A stretch of 64,000 nt of DNA, taken from NCBI GenBank assembly GCA_963514005.1, contig OY740804.1:19840001-19904000 (forward strand), written 5' to 3'. The stretch comes from Raja brachyura (Eukaryota). The notes beneath the pieces are model-generated. The model was not told the DNA's origin. It was given only the letters and a program-made list of their open reading frames with translations, and searched no databases. Shown piece by piece: positions 38,670 through 49,600 of this stretch; positions within the stretch are counted from its first letter, which is position 1, and every line of letters starts with the position of its first letter. The position numbers and the translations under genes were made by a program.

Positions 38670-39051
38670 TTAAGGGAGAACTAGTGGATGTGTTATACCT
38701 GGTCTTTTGACAAGGTCCCACATAAGAGATTAGTATACAAATTTAAAGCACATGGTATTGGGGGTTCAGTAATGATGTGGATAGAGAGCTGGCTGACAAA
38801 CAGGAAGAGTAGGAGTAAACAGGTCCTTTTCAGAATGGCAGGTAGTGACTAGTGGGGTACTGCAAGGCTCAGTGCTGGGAACCCAACTATTTACAATATA
38901 TATTAATGATTTGGACGAGGGAATTGAATGCAACATCTCCAAGTTTGTGGATGACACAAAGCTGGGGGGCAGTGTTAGCTGTGAGGAGGATGCTAGGAGG
39001 CTGCAAGGTGACATGGATAGGCTGGGTGAATGGGCAAATGCATGGCAGATG

Positions 39052-41812
39052 TAGGCTGTGGGCCGAGTCGCTTTATTCTAATGTTTCGTGACCCAAGTCA
39101 CAGAACTACATGAAATTTTCACATATTGTGTAAAAATATTATATAAATCACCCCTGAAATTCGCCAAGAACAAGACTTGCACATTTTTATTAAATAAGAG
39201 AAAAACCGGAAAATGTTTGGGTATTTTTAGTCCAATCAAAGCACGTTTAACATTGAGTTGTACGCCAGTTGGCCAATCACGCGCTTTGTTTCAGGCTAGC
39301 TGGGCAGGGAGCACACAACATGGCTGAGAGTGCTTATACTGATGCCTGTTTTACTGGAGATTCCGATGAAGGTTATTTCTAGTTCTGTGGAATACATGTC
39401 GTGGAAACTTGCAGCAGGGTAATTGAATTTAGTGAGAAAAGCATTAAGAAGTGTGAAGAATGTGCAGCTAAGTGGATAGAAGTGGAAGAAAGTCTTGAAA
39501 GCAAAGTCCCTGTTGAGATGCTGCAACACAAAGTTAAAACCAGTCAAACTTTGTGAATCAACGAACTGCAAGGTAAGATCTAAAGTCTGAATTTATGAAA
39601 ATTAATCTGTATGGGCTTTAATTAATTTAATTGCATCCTTTATAATGTGAAAAAATGCGATTTGGAGGCTGTACATTCATTCATTCACTCCTCCATTCAC
39701 CCATTCNNNNNNNNNNNNNNNNNNNNNNNNNNNNNNNNNNNNNNNNNNNNNNNNNNNNNNNNNNNNNNNNNNNNNNNNNNNNNNNNNNNNNNNNNNNNNN
39801 NNNNNNNNNNNNNNNNNNNNNNNNNNNNNNNNNNNNNNNNNNNNNNNNNNNNNNNNNNNNNNNNNNNNNNNNNNNNNNNNNNNNNNNNNNNNNNAAACTA
39901 TCCATAACAAGGTAAATTACACATTTTCACTAATGCCAGCTTGTTGAAGTCTTTAACATATAATCTCGGAGCTTCCTGCGATAACTTACCGAGTACAGGT
40001 GCTCCGATCGCGGGGCCTATCTACTTAACATAGTGAAGCCGCGATCTCAATTAAAATGCGGCCGATTCGCGAACGCGGAGCCATGGACCATGTCAGCGGG
40101 GGGGGGGGGGGGGGGGGGTGGCTGTACATAATGCTGTCCGTAGCGGCCGTTTCCAGGCCCCGACCACGGGAGAAAAACGGACGAATATTCATTGCACTTT
40201 ATAGGCTGCCATTGGAGTGAGAAATGGTCAGAAATGGTTGATGTTTATGTAGAAATGAATTGGTGTATGTGAACTTGAACTAATTTATCTATGGTAGTAA
40301 CAGTGTTATTCTCATTAACATTAAGAAGAGGTTCAAATTTTATGAATTAAAGTCCATGCAGACTTAATAACTATGAGATGTTTTTTTTGTAGCCTCTGCC
40401 TGACCCTCCACTTGAACTAACTTATCAATGGACCTATCAAACTTATCAAAAGACTTGGAATCTGATGAAGAATATTCAGATGAAGATCAGATGTAATGTA
40501 AACAAATAAATTGGGGAAGTAAATGATTATATAAAGTTTTATTCTAGTGTCGATTCTAGTTTCACTGTTTATTTGGTCAAATTATTTAAACAATGAGTGA
40601 ATTACTTATGATAATGGCGTGCTGGTGAATGACAGTGCGACAGTCCTGCGGCAGTGCGACATCCACACACACATCCATCTGCACGCACACTTCCATGCAT
40701 ACACACACATACATCCGCGCACACACGCACACATACATCCGCATGCAGACGTACATGTACACATCCATGCACCCACATACATCCACACATATATCCACAC
40801 TTACATGCACACATCCACATATACACGTTTGACAGGTATACACAGACACACACTCAAACTACAAATACTCAAACAATGCAACACTTTTAGGGTTATTTTA
40901 GGTTAAAGGTAATATCCCTAATTTGCAAAGGCACCATCGGGGGGGTCTCTAACATAAATATAGGCTCATTGTAGCTTAAAATGAATACTCATCGAGTAAA
41001 CATCAGAGCATTCGATTTTGGTCAGAATGTGACATTTACATCAGAAATAAGACAGGTCTCTTACAGGTCTGTCACCCAGCCTGGCCCTGCCCCAGTCCCA
41101 CTATGGCTGTTACCCCCACTCTCCCCACTATGGCAGTCAGTGGGGTTCAGTAAAAGGGGGAACCCAGAGGATCTGTCCTGACCCTTTAATTAGGCAGGTT
41201 CATGAGCCCTTAAAACCCGGGACCTCTGCTGCAGTCTCATTACATTTCCTATTAAAGCAACTGGAAGATGCCTTGCAGGACTGTCCCCCAGCCTGGCACT
41301 GCCCCAGTCCCACAATGGCCGTGACCCCTACTCTGCACACTGGCAGTCAGTGGGGTTCAGTAAAGGGAGGAACCCACAGGAACTGCCCTCACACATTAAT
41401 TAGGCTGGTTCAGGAGCAGGACCTCTGCGACAGTGTCATAAAAAAACCTCACAATTATATTCATCATATTATTTTAATATAATATAATTATACTTAATTA
41501 TATATGATTACAGTCATATTTACAAGTCATATATATATATATAGGTATAATAATATATGGTTTAAATGGACTGCAACACGGAAATAGGCTGCCCATGGTG
41601 TAATATGGGCATCGGCCACTAGATGGCGCTTACTTTCCCGATCTCATTATCTAATGTTTAATTAATTAATGTGCAACTTTTGGCACTGACCAGTTATGAC
41701 TTCCTTCTCAATTATATTTCATCTAAATCTGGGGAAAATTTCATGTAGTTCTGTGACGTGGGTCATGAAAACTGATTTCTGGACACATTTTTGATGCTCG
41801 GCCCACAGCCTG
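39052..41812 (+). mobile_element. Non-autonomous DNA transposon (Academ-like YAG termini, 3-bp TSD)
   Basis: TIR (T/C)AGGCTGTGGGCCGAG plus subterminal inverted TGACCCA.GTCACAGAACTACATGAAATTTTC; TSD ATG at 39049-39051 and 41813-41815; contains an N gap at 39707-39894. Confidence 0.8.
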
Positions 41813-43129
41813 ATGCAGTACAATGTGGATACATGTGAGGTTATCCACTTTGATGGCAAAAACAGGAAAGCAGACTATTATCTGAATGGTGGCCGATTAG
41901 GAAAATGGGAGATGCAACGAGACCTGGGTGTCATGGTACACCAGTCATTGAAAGTAGGCATGCAGGTGCAGCAGGCAGTGAAGAAAGCGAATGGTATGTT
42001 AGCATTCATAGCAAAAGGATTTGAATATAGGAGCAGGGACGTTCTACTGCAGTTGTACAGGGTCTTGGTGAGACCACACCTGGAGTATTGCATACAGTTT
42101 TGGTCTCCAAATCTGAGGAAAGGCATTCTTGCCATAGAGGGAGTACAGAGAAGGTTCACCAGACTGATTCCTGGGATGTCAGGACTTTCATATGAAGAAA
42201 GACTGGATAGACTCAGCTTGTACTCGCTAGAATTTAGAAGATTGAGGGGGGATCTTATAGAAACATACAAAATTCTTAAGGGGTTGGACAGGCTAGATGC
42301 AGGAAGATTGTTCCCGATGTTGGGGAAGTCCAGGACAAGGAGTCACAGTTTAAGGATAAGGGGGAAATTTTTTAGGACCGAGATGAGAAAAACATTTTTC
42401 ACACAGAGAGTGGTGAATCTCTGGAATTCTCTGCCACAGAAGGTAGTTGAGGCCAGTTCGTTGGCTATATTTAAGAGGGAGTTAGATGTGGTCCTTGTGG
42501 CTAAGGGGATATGGCCCTTGTGGCTAAATGGAGAGAAATCTCTGATTTTTCATCGATGTGAAGCGGGGCTCTGAGTGAGGTGGCCAAAAATGACGGCCGT
42601 AAGTGGTGGCACTCTCTCGGAAATCAAATCGCAGTGAGTCCAAAGTGGTCAAGATCTTACTTTTAGTAATATAGATGGTCACTCTTTGCAAACCCAACTT
42701 CCTTACTCGGAACTCTCTCTACTGAAGGCCAGCCCATTTTCAGTCCTTAGTACTGGCCATATGCTTCCTTTGATTTCTTTATTAAAACCCCGATATCTTG
42801 ACATTTAAGGTACCCTGGAGTTGCTGTCCTCACCATTCAACATGATAGAACTTGTTAGCCATGAAATCTCACTATTCACTTTTAAAGGACCCCCACTGGT
42901 CAGATGTAGATATCCCCATGTTCTGTCACTCCTCCTCTCCCAGCAGGATATCTGTATACTGACAAGTGATTCTCAGCCCCTCTGTGGGGAGGATATCTGT
43001 ACACTAACCAGTGTCTCTCAGTTCCTTTCTCTCAGGCAGCGTAAGGAGGGGATGGATCCATCACTCCCGTGTCACTGGGAGCGAGAGGATGGGATTAATC
43101 ACAGAATCTTTCCTGCTCCCCTGTTGCAG

Positions 43130-43291
43130 CTCCCAATACAACAATGGTACCCGATACCACGACAGCACCCAACATAACGAGAGCACACATGCCTCAGACC
43201 CTCCTGATCGCACTGCCGGTGCTGGGGACCTTCCTGATCTCTGCTCCCGCCGTCCTGGAGTGTCGTGTGAAGGAGAAGAGCCACAGGAAGG
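43130..43291 (+). pseudogene. Stalk and transmembrane exon of the same receptor pseudogene
   Basis: tttcctgctcccctgttgcag|, phase 1; (A)PNTTMVPDTTTAPNITRAHMPQTLLIALPVLGTFLISAPAVLECRVKEKSHRK with two N-glycosylation sequons, a hydrophobic span and a basic stop-transfer segment; donor degraded to ggaagt. Confidence 0.65.
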
Positions 43292-43730
43292 GAAGTATCT
43301 TCAGGCACTGATGGAGAGTGGATCTGACACCCAGTCCCTGAGCCTGTGGGTGGGGGTGTGGGGAGGGGGGAGGGGGTATGTGGGGGTGGGGGAAGGGTAG
43401 GAGTGTGGATGTTGGGGGAACGGAGGGAGGGGCTAGGTGGAGTACTAAGTCAGGAAGGGTTTCAGTGTGGACCCCCTGTTCTCTGCCCCATGGACCCAGC
43501 AGAGACTTTGGATATTTACGTGAAGGGGAAGCAGAATTGTCAAACTGGATCTCAGCCCCAGTGGGGAATTGAATGCAACAGCAGACGCACAATCTCATGG
43601 CGTGCGAAACTGGGGGACTGCACCCCACAATCTCTCAGGATCACCCCCACCAAAGTACCTCAGGACCCACACAGACATTATACAATCCAAGAATATTGGT
43701 TTGTTCCAGTGATCTCAATTCCTTCTCAGA

Positions 43731-45206
43731 CTGGTGAACCTTCTCTGTACTCCCTCTATGGCAAGAATGTCTTTCCTCAGATTTGGAGACCAAAACTATA
43801 CGCAATACTCCAGGTGTGGTCTCACCAGGACCCTGTACAACTGCAGTAGAACCTCCCTGCTCCTATACTCAAATCCTTTTGCTATGAATGCTAACATACC
43901 ATTTGCTTTCTTCACTGCCTGCTGTACCTGCATGCCTACTTTCAATGACTGATGTACCATGACAGATATCAGATACAAGTCTACTTTCCTGTTTTTGCCA
44001 CCAAAGTGGATAACCTCACATTTATCCACATTATACTGCATCTGCCATGCATTTGCCCACTCACCCAGCCTATCCAAGTCACCTTGCAACCTCCTAGCAT
44101 CCTCCTCACAGCTAACACTGCCCCCAGCTTCGTGTCATCCGCAAACCTGGAGATGTTGCATTCAATTCCCTCATCCAAATCAATAATATATATTATAAAT
44201 AGCTGGGGTCCCAGCGCTGAGCCTTGCGGTACCCCACTAGTCACTGCCTGCCATTCTGAAAAGGACCCATTTACTCCTACCCTTTGCTTCCTGTCTGCCA
44301 GCCAGTTCTCTATCAAAATCAATACTGAACCCCCAATACCGTGTGCTTTAAGTTTGTATACTAATCTCTTATGTGGAACCTTGTCGAAAGCCTTCTGAAA
44401 GTCCAGATATAACACATCCACTGGTTCTCCCTTATCCACTCTACTAGTTACATCCTCGAAAAATTCTATAAGTTTCGTCAGACATGATTTACCTTTCGTA
44501 AATCCATGCTGACTTTGTCCAATGATTTCACCACTTTCCAAATGTGCTGCTATCCCATCTTTAATAACTAACTCTAGCAGGTTCCCCACTACCGATGTGA
44601 GACTAACTGGTCTGTAATTCCCTGTTTTCTCTCTCCTTCCCTTTTTTAAAAGTAGGGTTACATTAGCTACCCTCCAATCCTCAGGAACTACTCCAGAATC
44701 TAAAGAGTTTTGAAAAATTATCACTAATGCATCCACTATTTCTGGGGCTACTTCCTTAAGTACTCTGGGATGCAGCCTATCTGGCCCTGGGGATTTATCG
44801 GCCTTTAATCCATTCAATTTACCTAACACCACTTCCTGGCTAACCTGGATTTCACTCAGTTCCTCCATCTCATTTGACCCCCGGTTCCCTGCTATTTCCG
44901 GCAGATTATTTATGTCTTCCTTAGTGAAGACAGAACCAAAGTAGTTATTCAATTGGTCTGCCATGTCCTTGTTCCTCATGATCAATTCACCAGTTTCTGA
45001 CTGCAAGGGACCTGCATTTGTTTTAACTAATCTTTTGCTCTTCACATATCTAAAAAAGCTTTTGCAGTCAGTTTTTATGTTCCCTGCCAGTTTTCTTTCA
45101 TAATATATTTCCCCTTTCCTAATTAAGCCCTTTGTCCTCATCTGCTGGACTCTGAATTTCTCCCAGTCCTCTGGTAGGCTGCTTTTTCTGGCTAATTTGT
45201 ATGCTT
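43731..45206 (-). mobile_element. CR1 LINE ORF2 reverse-transcriptase fragment
   Basis: 386-aa ORF 43981-45141 with [32 protein letters not shown] and FADD; frameshifted near the end. Confidence 0.92.
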
Positions 45207-45219
45207 TCTGTAGGCTAAT

Positions 45220-45600
45220 TTGTGTTCCATGTGTACATGGAATGTGAGACGTGGCAGCCCCTGTTCGACCATCTGAAGGGGCTGCTCCTCACATTTTGGC
45301 TACATTTTAGCCCCACATTCCTGATATTTTGGCACCGGGTACAGAGGTGGGAGGGGAGGGAGGGAGGGGGGGGGGGGGTCTCCCTGTCGGTTTGCTCCTG
45401 GGCCTGGCCAAGATGGGCATTCGCGGGTCCAGGCAGCTGGTAGTCGATGGCCACACCGGGGTCAGTTACCTGCCTGTTTTCCGGGCCTACGTCCGTGCCC
45501 GCGTGTCCCTAGAGAGGGAACGCGGTGTCCAGGGGGACGCTGGAGGCCTTCGCTGCGGGAGGCCGAGTGCATTGCTGATGATGATGACGTTATTGTAAAA
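45220..45600 (+). mobile_element. Tx1-clade LINE ORF2 3' fragment
   Basis: FHVYMEC...PLF..LKGLLL.FWLHFSPT.LIF and LLLGLAKM.I..SR...RARVSLE. Confidence 0.7.
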
Positions 45601-45724
45601 TTGATGACTGTTGCTTTGGAAACTGCCACAAAGGCAGTTTTGATCGTGTTGTCCCCCCTCTCTCTTTCTCAAACTCCACGCCCCTCCCCTATATTTGACC
45701 CCTTCTCTCTCTACCTGACCTCAG

Positions 45725-46300
45725 GAGATTGCCCTTGCCATTGTGGGAAGAGAAGAAGGAGATTGACCAAGGTCTGGCCACCTGCTCAGAGTCCACAGAC
45801 AGCTGGGGAGTGAGACACGCAAGGCTGACCACACAGAGAGCCGAGTCAACAGGGACACAGAGCGAAGCCAACATCAGCACTGGAGGAGGAGATCAGATAA
45901 CAGAACTAAGTCAAGAAATGATTAAACTTCTTCCAAAATGTGGCAGAGTAACCAGAGAGAGAGACACACAAACAAATGAATCATCCCGGGAACATTAACC
46001 CTCACCCACCTCTCCCATCCAGATACAAGGCAGCCCGTTTCCCCATTGGCAGCGCACAGTGGTGATTTCTTTGTGAGTGCAGATGTGTGGGAACCTTCCA
46101 TTCTGAAGAAGAGTCGTGAGGAAAAACATCACCTATCCACGTTCTCCGAAAGTGCTGCCTGCCTCACTAATTTGCTCCAGCATGTTGTCTCTTTTCTTGT
46201 AAACCAGCACCTGCATTTGCCAGTGTCAATGCTCCTTCAGTTGTGATGTCCGCTCGTGTGAAGCCTGGTGTGAGGAACATTCTCTTATGAGTGATCCTCC
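45725..46300 (+). pseudogene. Candidate short cytoplasmic exons (45725-45771, 46023-46072, 46208 onward)
   Basis: Three pyrimidine-tract/CAG acceptors (one with a CACTAAT branch-like site) and donors gtctgg and gtgagt; reading frame unresolved. Confidence 0.35.
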
Positions 46301-46654
46301 ACCTCCAGTTTAAATTCCTTTTGGAATCATTTTGGAGGACCAGGAAACCAAGAATCAGGATTTCAGTGTGTGTGAGGGAACTCATGTTTCCAATCATGTT
46401 ACTCTGTCCGTGTGAACTCAATATAACTTTTGTACATGTGGCATTATTCTGTTCAAAACATTACAATTATTGCAAGAATTTCAGTCGGGTAACAGATAGC
46501 GCAGGGGGTGTGAGCCAAGAGCCGACGCAACTATGGAGACAGCATCTGGCACACAGATCTGCAAGCGGAGGTACATATTGAATCAATTATTCCCTCTGGC
46601 GTGCAGCGACTGATGTATACTTCACAGAACTGGCTCCGCAATGTCCTTACATTG

Positions 46655-47450
46655 TGAGCGGGTTAATCCCCTCTGACAGGGAACTAATGACTGAGTGTGG
46701 GTGGAGGGAGGGGGCGGGAGCATTCATCCTATCTGACAGGGAACATGCTGCCCGGTGTCCTTATGTTACAAGTGGTGAATGAGAGGTTAATCTCCTCTGA
46801 CAGGGAATGGGCTCCTGGGGGGTGGGTGGGGAGAGTGCTCATTCCCTCTGACTGGGAACGGATAACTCGATGTCCATACATGGTGAGCAGTGAGGGAGTG
46901 GGTTAATCCCCTCCAGTGGGGGACGGGTGCCTGGATGTGGGTGAGAGGGTTAATCTCCTCTGAGTGAGAGGGTTAAACCGCTGTGAAAGGTTGTGAGGAG
47001 ATGGGTTGAAAGGGTTAATCTCACCGATAAGGAACGGGCTGCCTGCAGTGGACAGGAAAGAGTTTAACTGATGGGCAGTGGGTGCCAGGGATGTGGGTGG
47101 AGATGGGAGGGTTAATTTCCTCTGGCAGGGAGCCGGCTGCTTGATGTCCTTTAATTTTGAGCTAGTTAAACCTCTCTGGCAGGGAACATGCTGCTGGTGT
47201 CCTTACATAGTGAATGGTGATTGAGAGGATGAATCCCCTCTGAGGCAGCAGTCTGCCTGGGATGTGTGTGGACAGAGGGGGTTAACCCACTTCAATGGGG
47301 ATGTGTTGCTGGGGAGAGAGTTTACACTGAGAGGGAACGGGTGCCCCCCGGGTATGGGTGGGGTGAGGGGGTGAGAGGGTTAATCCACTCTGATGGGGAA
47401 CGGTCTGCCCGGGATGTGGATGGGGAGAGGGTTAACACTGAGAGGGACAG
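46655..47450. repeat. Degenerate repeat array (GAGAGGGTTAATCCCCTCTGACAGGGAAC-like)
   Basis: About 12 diverged copies of a GGTTAA(T/A/C)C core immediately upstream of the ADAMTS exon. Confidence 0.6.
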
Positions 47451-47686
47451 GCTGCCAACTTTGGGAGTTTCTGGCTGCACTCCTTGCTCACGCCTACCTC
47501 CTGGATGGGACGTGTCATCTGGAGCTTGGGCTCGGGACGTCCTGTAAGCAGCCTCCGATTACGGACCAGGGATCCAGCACCGTGCCAGGCTGTGCCAGGC
47601 CGTGCCACGCCACACAGCCCTACCCTGCCCTTTTCACCCTCCACACTCCTGCCCACCCCTGCAGTGGGGAGGCGAGGGTTTTGGGG

Positions 47687-48100
47687 ATGATGTTGGGACG
47701 GTCGCTGGGACTGTGGTGCTTGCTGGTGTTGGGGGCGAGGAGGCAGCCGGGGGCACGAGGGCAGCAGGGGATGGTGGTGGGCACGTCTCGGCTGCGGCGG
47801 GTGGAGCTGCTGGTGGTGGTGGACGTGGGTCTGGCGCACGCCCTGGGTGGGGAGGTGCGCCCCTACGTGCTGGCGCTGCTGGGCGCGGCGGATCGGCTGT
47901 ACAGGCACCCGTCGCTGGGCAGCGCAGTCAGGCTGGTGGTCAGCCGGCTGGAGGTGGTGTGGGACCAGGCCATGGGTCCGCGGGTCGATCCCGACGCCAG
48001 GCAAACTCTGCACGCCTTCTGTCGCTGGCAGCGGGAACGGCGGGCACTGGGAGACTGGGGAGAGGCACCGTACGATGCCGCCTTGCTGCTGACACGAGAG
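47687..48100 (+). CDS. ADAMTS5-like metalloprotease, first coding exon (signal-like N-terminus plus start of catalytic domain)
   Basis: MMLGRSLGLWCLLVLGA...SRLRRVELLVVVD...ADRLYRHPS...FCRWQ...LGD..E..YDAALLLTRE|gtaggg (phase 0). The start codon is inferred; a good acceptor lies at 47664/47665 and the ORF is open from 47393. Confidence 0.85.
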
Positions 48101-48101
48101 G

Positions 48102-49600
48102 TAGGGCACACCCACCAGGGCACACTCACTGGGGCACACTCACCAGGGCACACTCACTGGGGCACACGCACCAGGGCACACTCACTGGGGCACACTCACC
48201 AGGGCACACTCACTGGGGCATGCTCACCAGGGCACACTCACTGGGGCACACCCACCAGGGCACACTCACTGGGGCACACTCACCAGGGCACACTCACTGG
48301 GGCACACCCACCAGGACACACTCACTGGGGCATGCTCACCAGGGCACACTCACTGGGGCACACCCACCAGGGCACACACTGAAGCAAACCCACTGGGACA
48401 CACCCATTGGGTAACACTCACTGGGGCACACCCGCTGGGGCACACTCGCTGGGGCACACTCACTGGGGCACACTCACTGGGGCACACCCACTAGGGCACA
48501 CTCACTGGGGCACACCCACCAGGGCACACTCACTGGGGCACGCCCACCAGGGCACACTCACAGGGGCACGCCCACCAGGGCACACTCACTGGGGCACGCC
48601 CACCAGGGCACACTCACTGGGGCACGCTCACCAGGGCACACTCACTGGGGCACGCCCACCAGGGCACACTCACTGGGGCACGCCCACCAGGGCACACTCA
48701 CTGGGGCACGCCCACCAGGGCACACTCACTGGGGCACGCCCACCAGGGCACACACCGAAGCAAACCCACTGGGACACACCCGTTGGGTAACACTCACCAG
48801 GACACACCTGCTGGGGCACACTCACCAGGGCACACTCACCAGGAAACACTCACTGGGGCACGCTCACCAGGGCACACTCACTGGGGCACGCCCACCAGGG
48901 CACACTCACTGGGGCACGCCCACCAGGGCACACTCACTGGGGCACGCCCACCAGGGCACACTCACTGGGGCACGCTCACCAGGGCACACACCGAAGCAAA
49001 CCCACTGGGACACACCCGCTGGGTAAAACTCATCGGGGCACACCCGCTGGGGCACACTCAGTGACACACTGACAGGGACACACTCACTGGTACATGCATC
49101 AGGGCACACTCATGGGGAACCACTCACTGGCACAGTGAATAGGTTACACTCCCTGGGGCACACTCACAGGCACACTCACCATGACAAACTCATGGGCGCA
49201 CATGGTTACACTCACCATGACACACCTACTGGGGCACAGTCATGTGCACACTCATCCATGACAAATGCAAGGGCACACTCATAGACACAATTCCCATGAC
49301 ACATTCATGCACAGATTCACCAGGGCACACTCACAGGCACACTCACTAGGGTCTGTGCACTGAGGCTAGGGCACACACATCATGACATTCACCGTAGCAC
49401 ACCCATCAGTGCACCCACAAAGGCACATTCACCAGGGCACACTCGATAGGAACACTTACCTTGGCACACTTACAGTGACACACTCACAGGGCAAACCCAC
49501 AGGAGCACACTTGATGGGCACACTCACTGGGTACATATATCAGGCACACTCACCAGGGCACACTCACAGGGGCACACATCTTGGGTCACTCGCCAACTCA
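48102..49600. repeat. 14-bp-unit minisatellite (GGGCACACTCACCA / GGGGCACACTCACT), decaying 3'
   Basis: Begins within the ADAMTS splice donor; produces His/Thr/Gly-rich spurious ORFs. Confidence 0.92.

Larger units (their letters stand above)
36917..42510 (+). mobile_element. CR1 LINE ORF2 (EN through 3' end, with internal deletions) split by two nested insertions
   Basis: EN motifs (GITETWL, VGVVYRPP), RT motifs (SGV.QGSVLG, KF.DDTKLG) and the C-terminal ORF 41813-42574. The frame resumes (AWQM|QYNVD) across the 39052-41812 insertion. Confidence 0.9.

Noticed and set aside
43981-45141. 386-aa reverse transcriptase ORF as an active or domesticated gene
   Set aside because: Truncated, frameshifted CR1 ORF2 fragment highly similar to the neighbouring CR1 copy.
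45725-45771. CHCGKRRRR as a remnant ADAMTS prodomain or furin-site exon
   Set aside because: Its phase-0 end does not fit the strong phase-2 acceptor at 47665, and the phase-0 AG at 47767 lacks a pyrimidine tract. It fits better as part of the upstream receptor pseudogene, though not excluded.
48101-49064. His-rich extension of the ADAMTS ORF
   Set aside because: Read-through into an intronic minisatellite past the GT donor at 48101.
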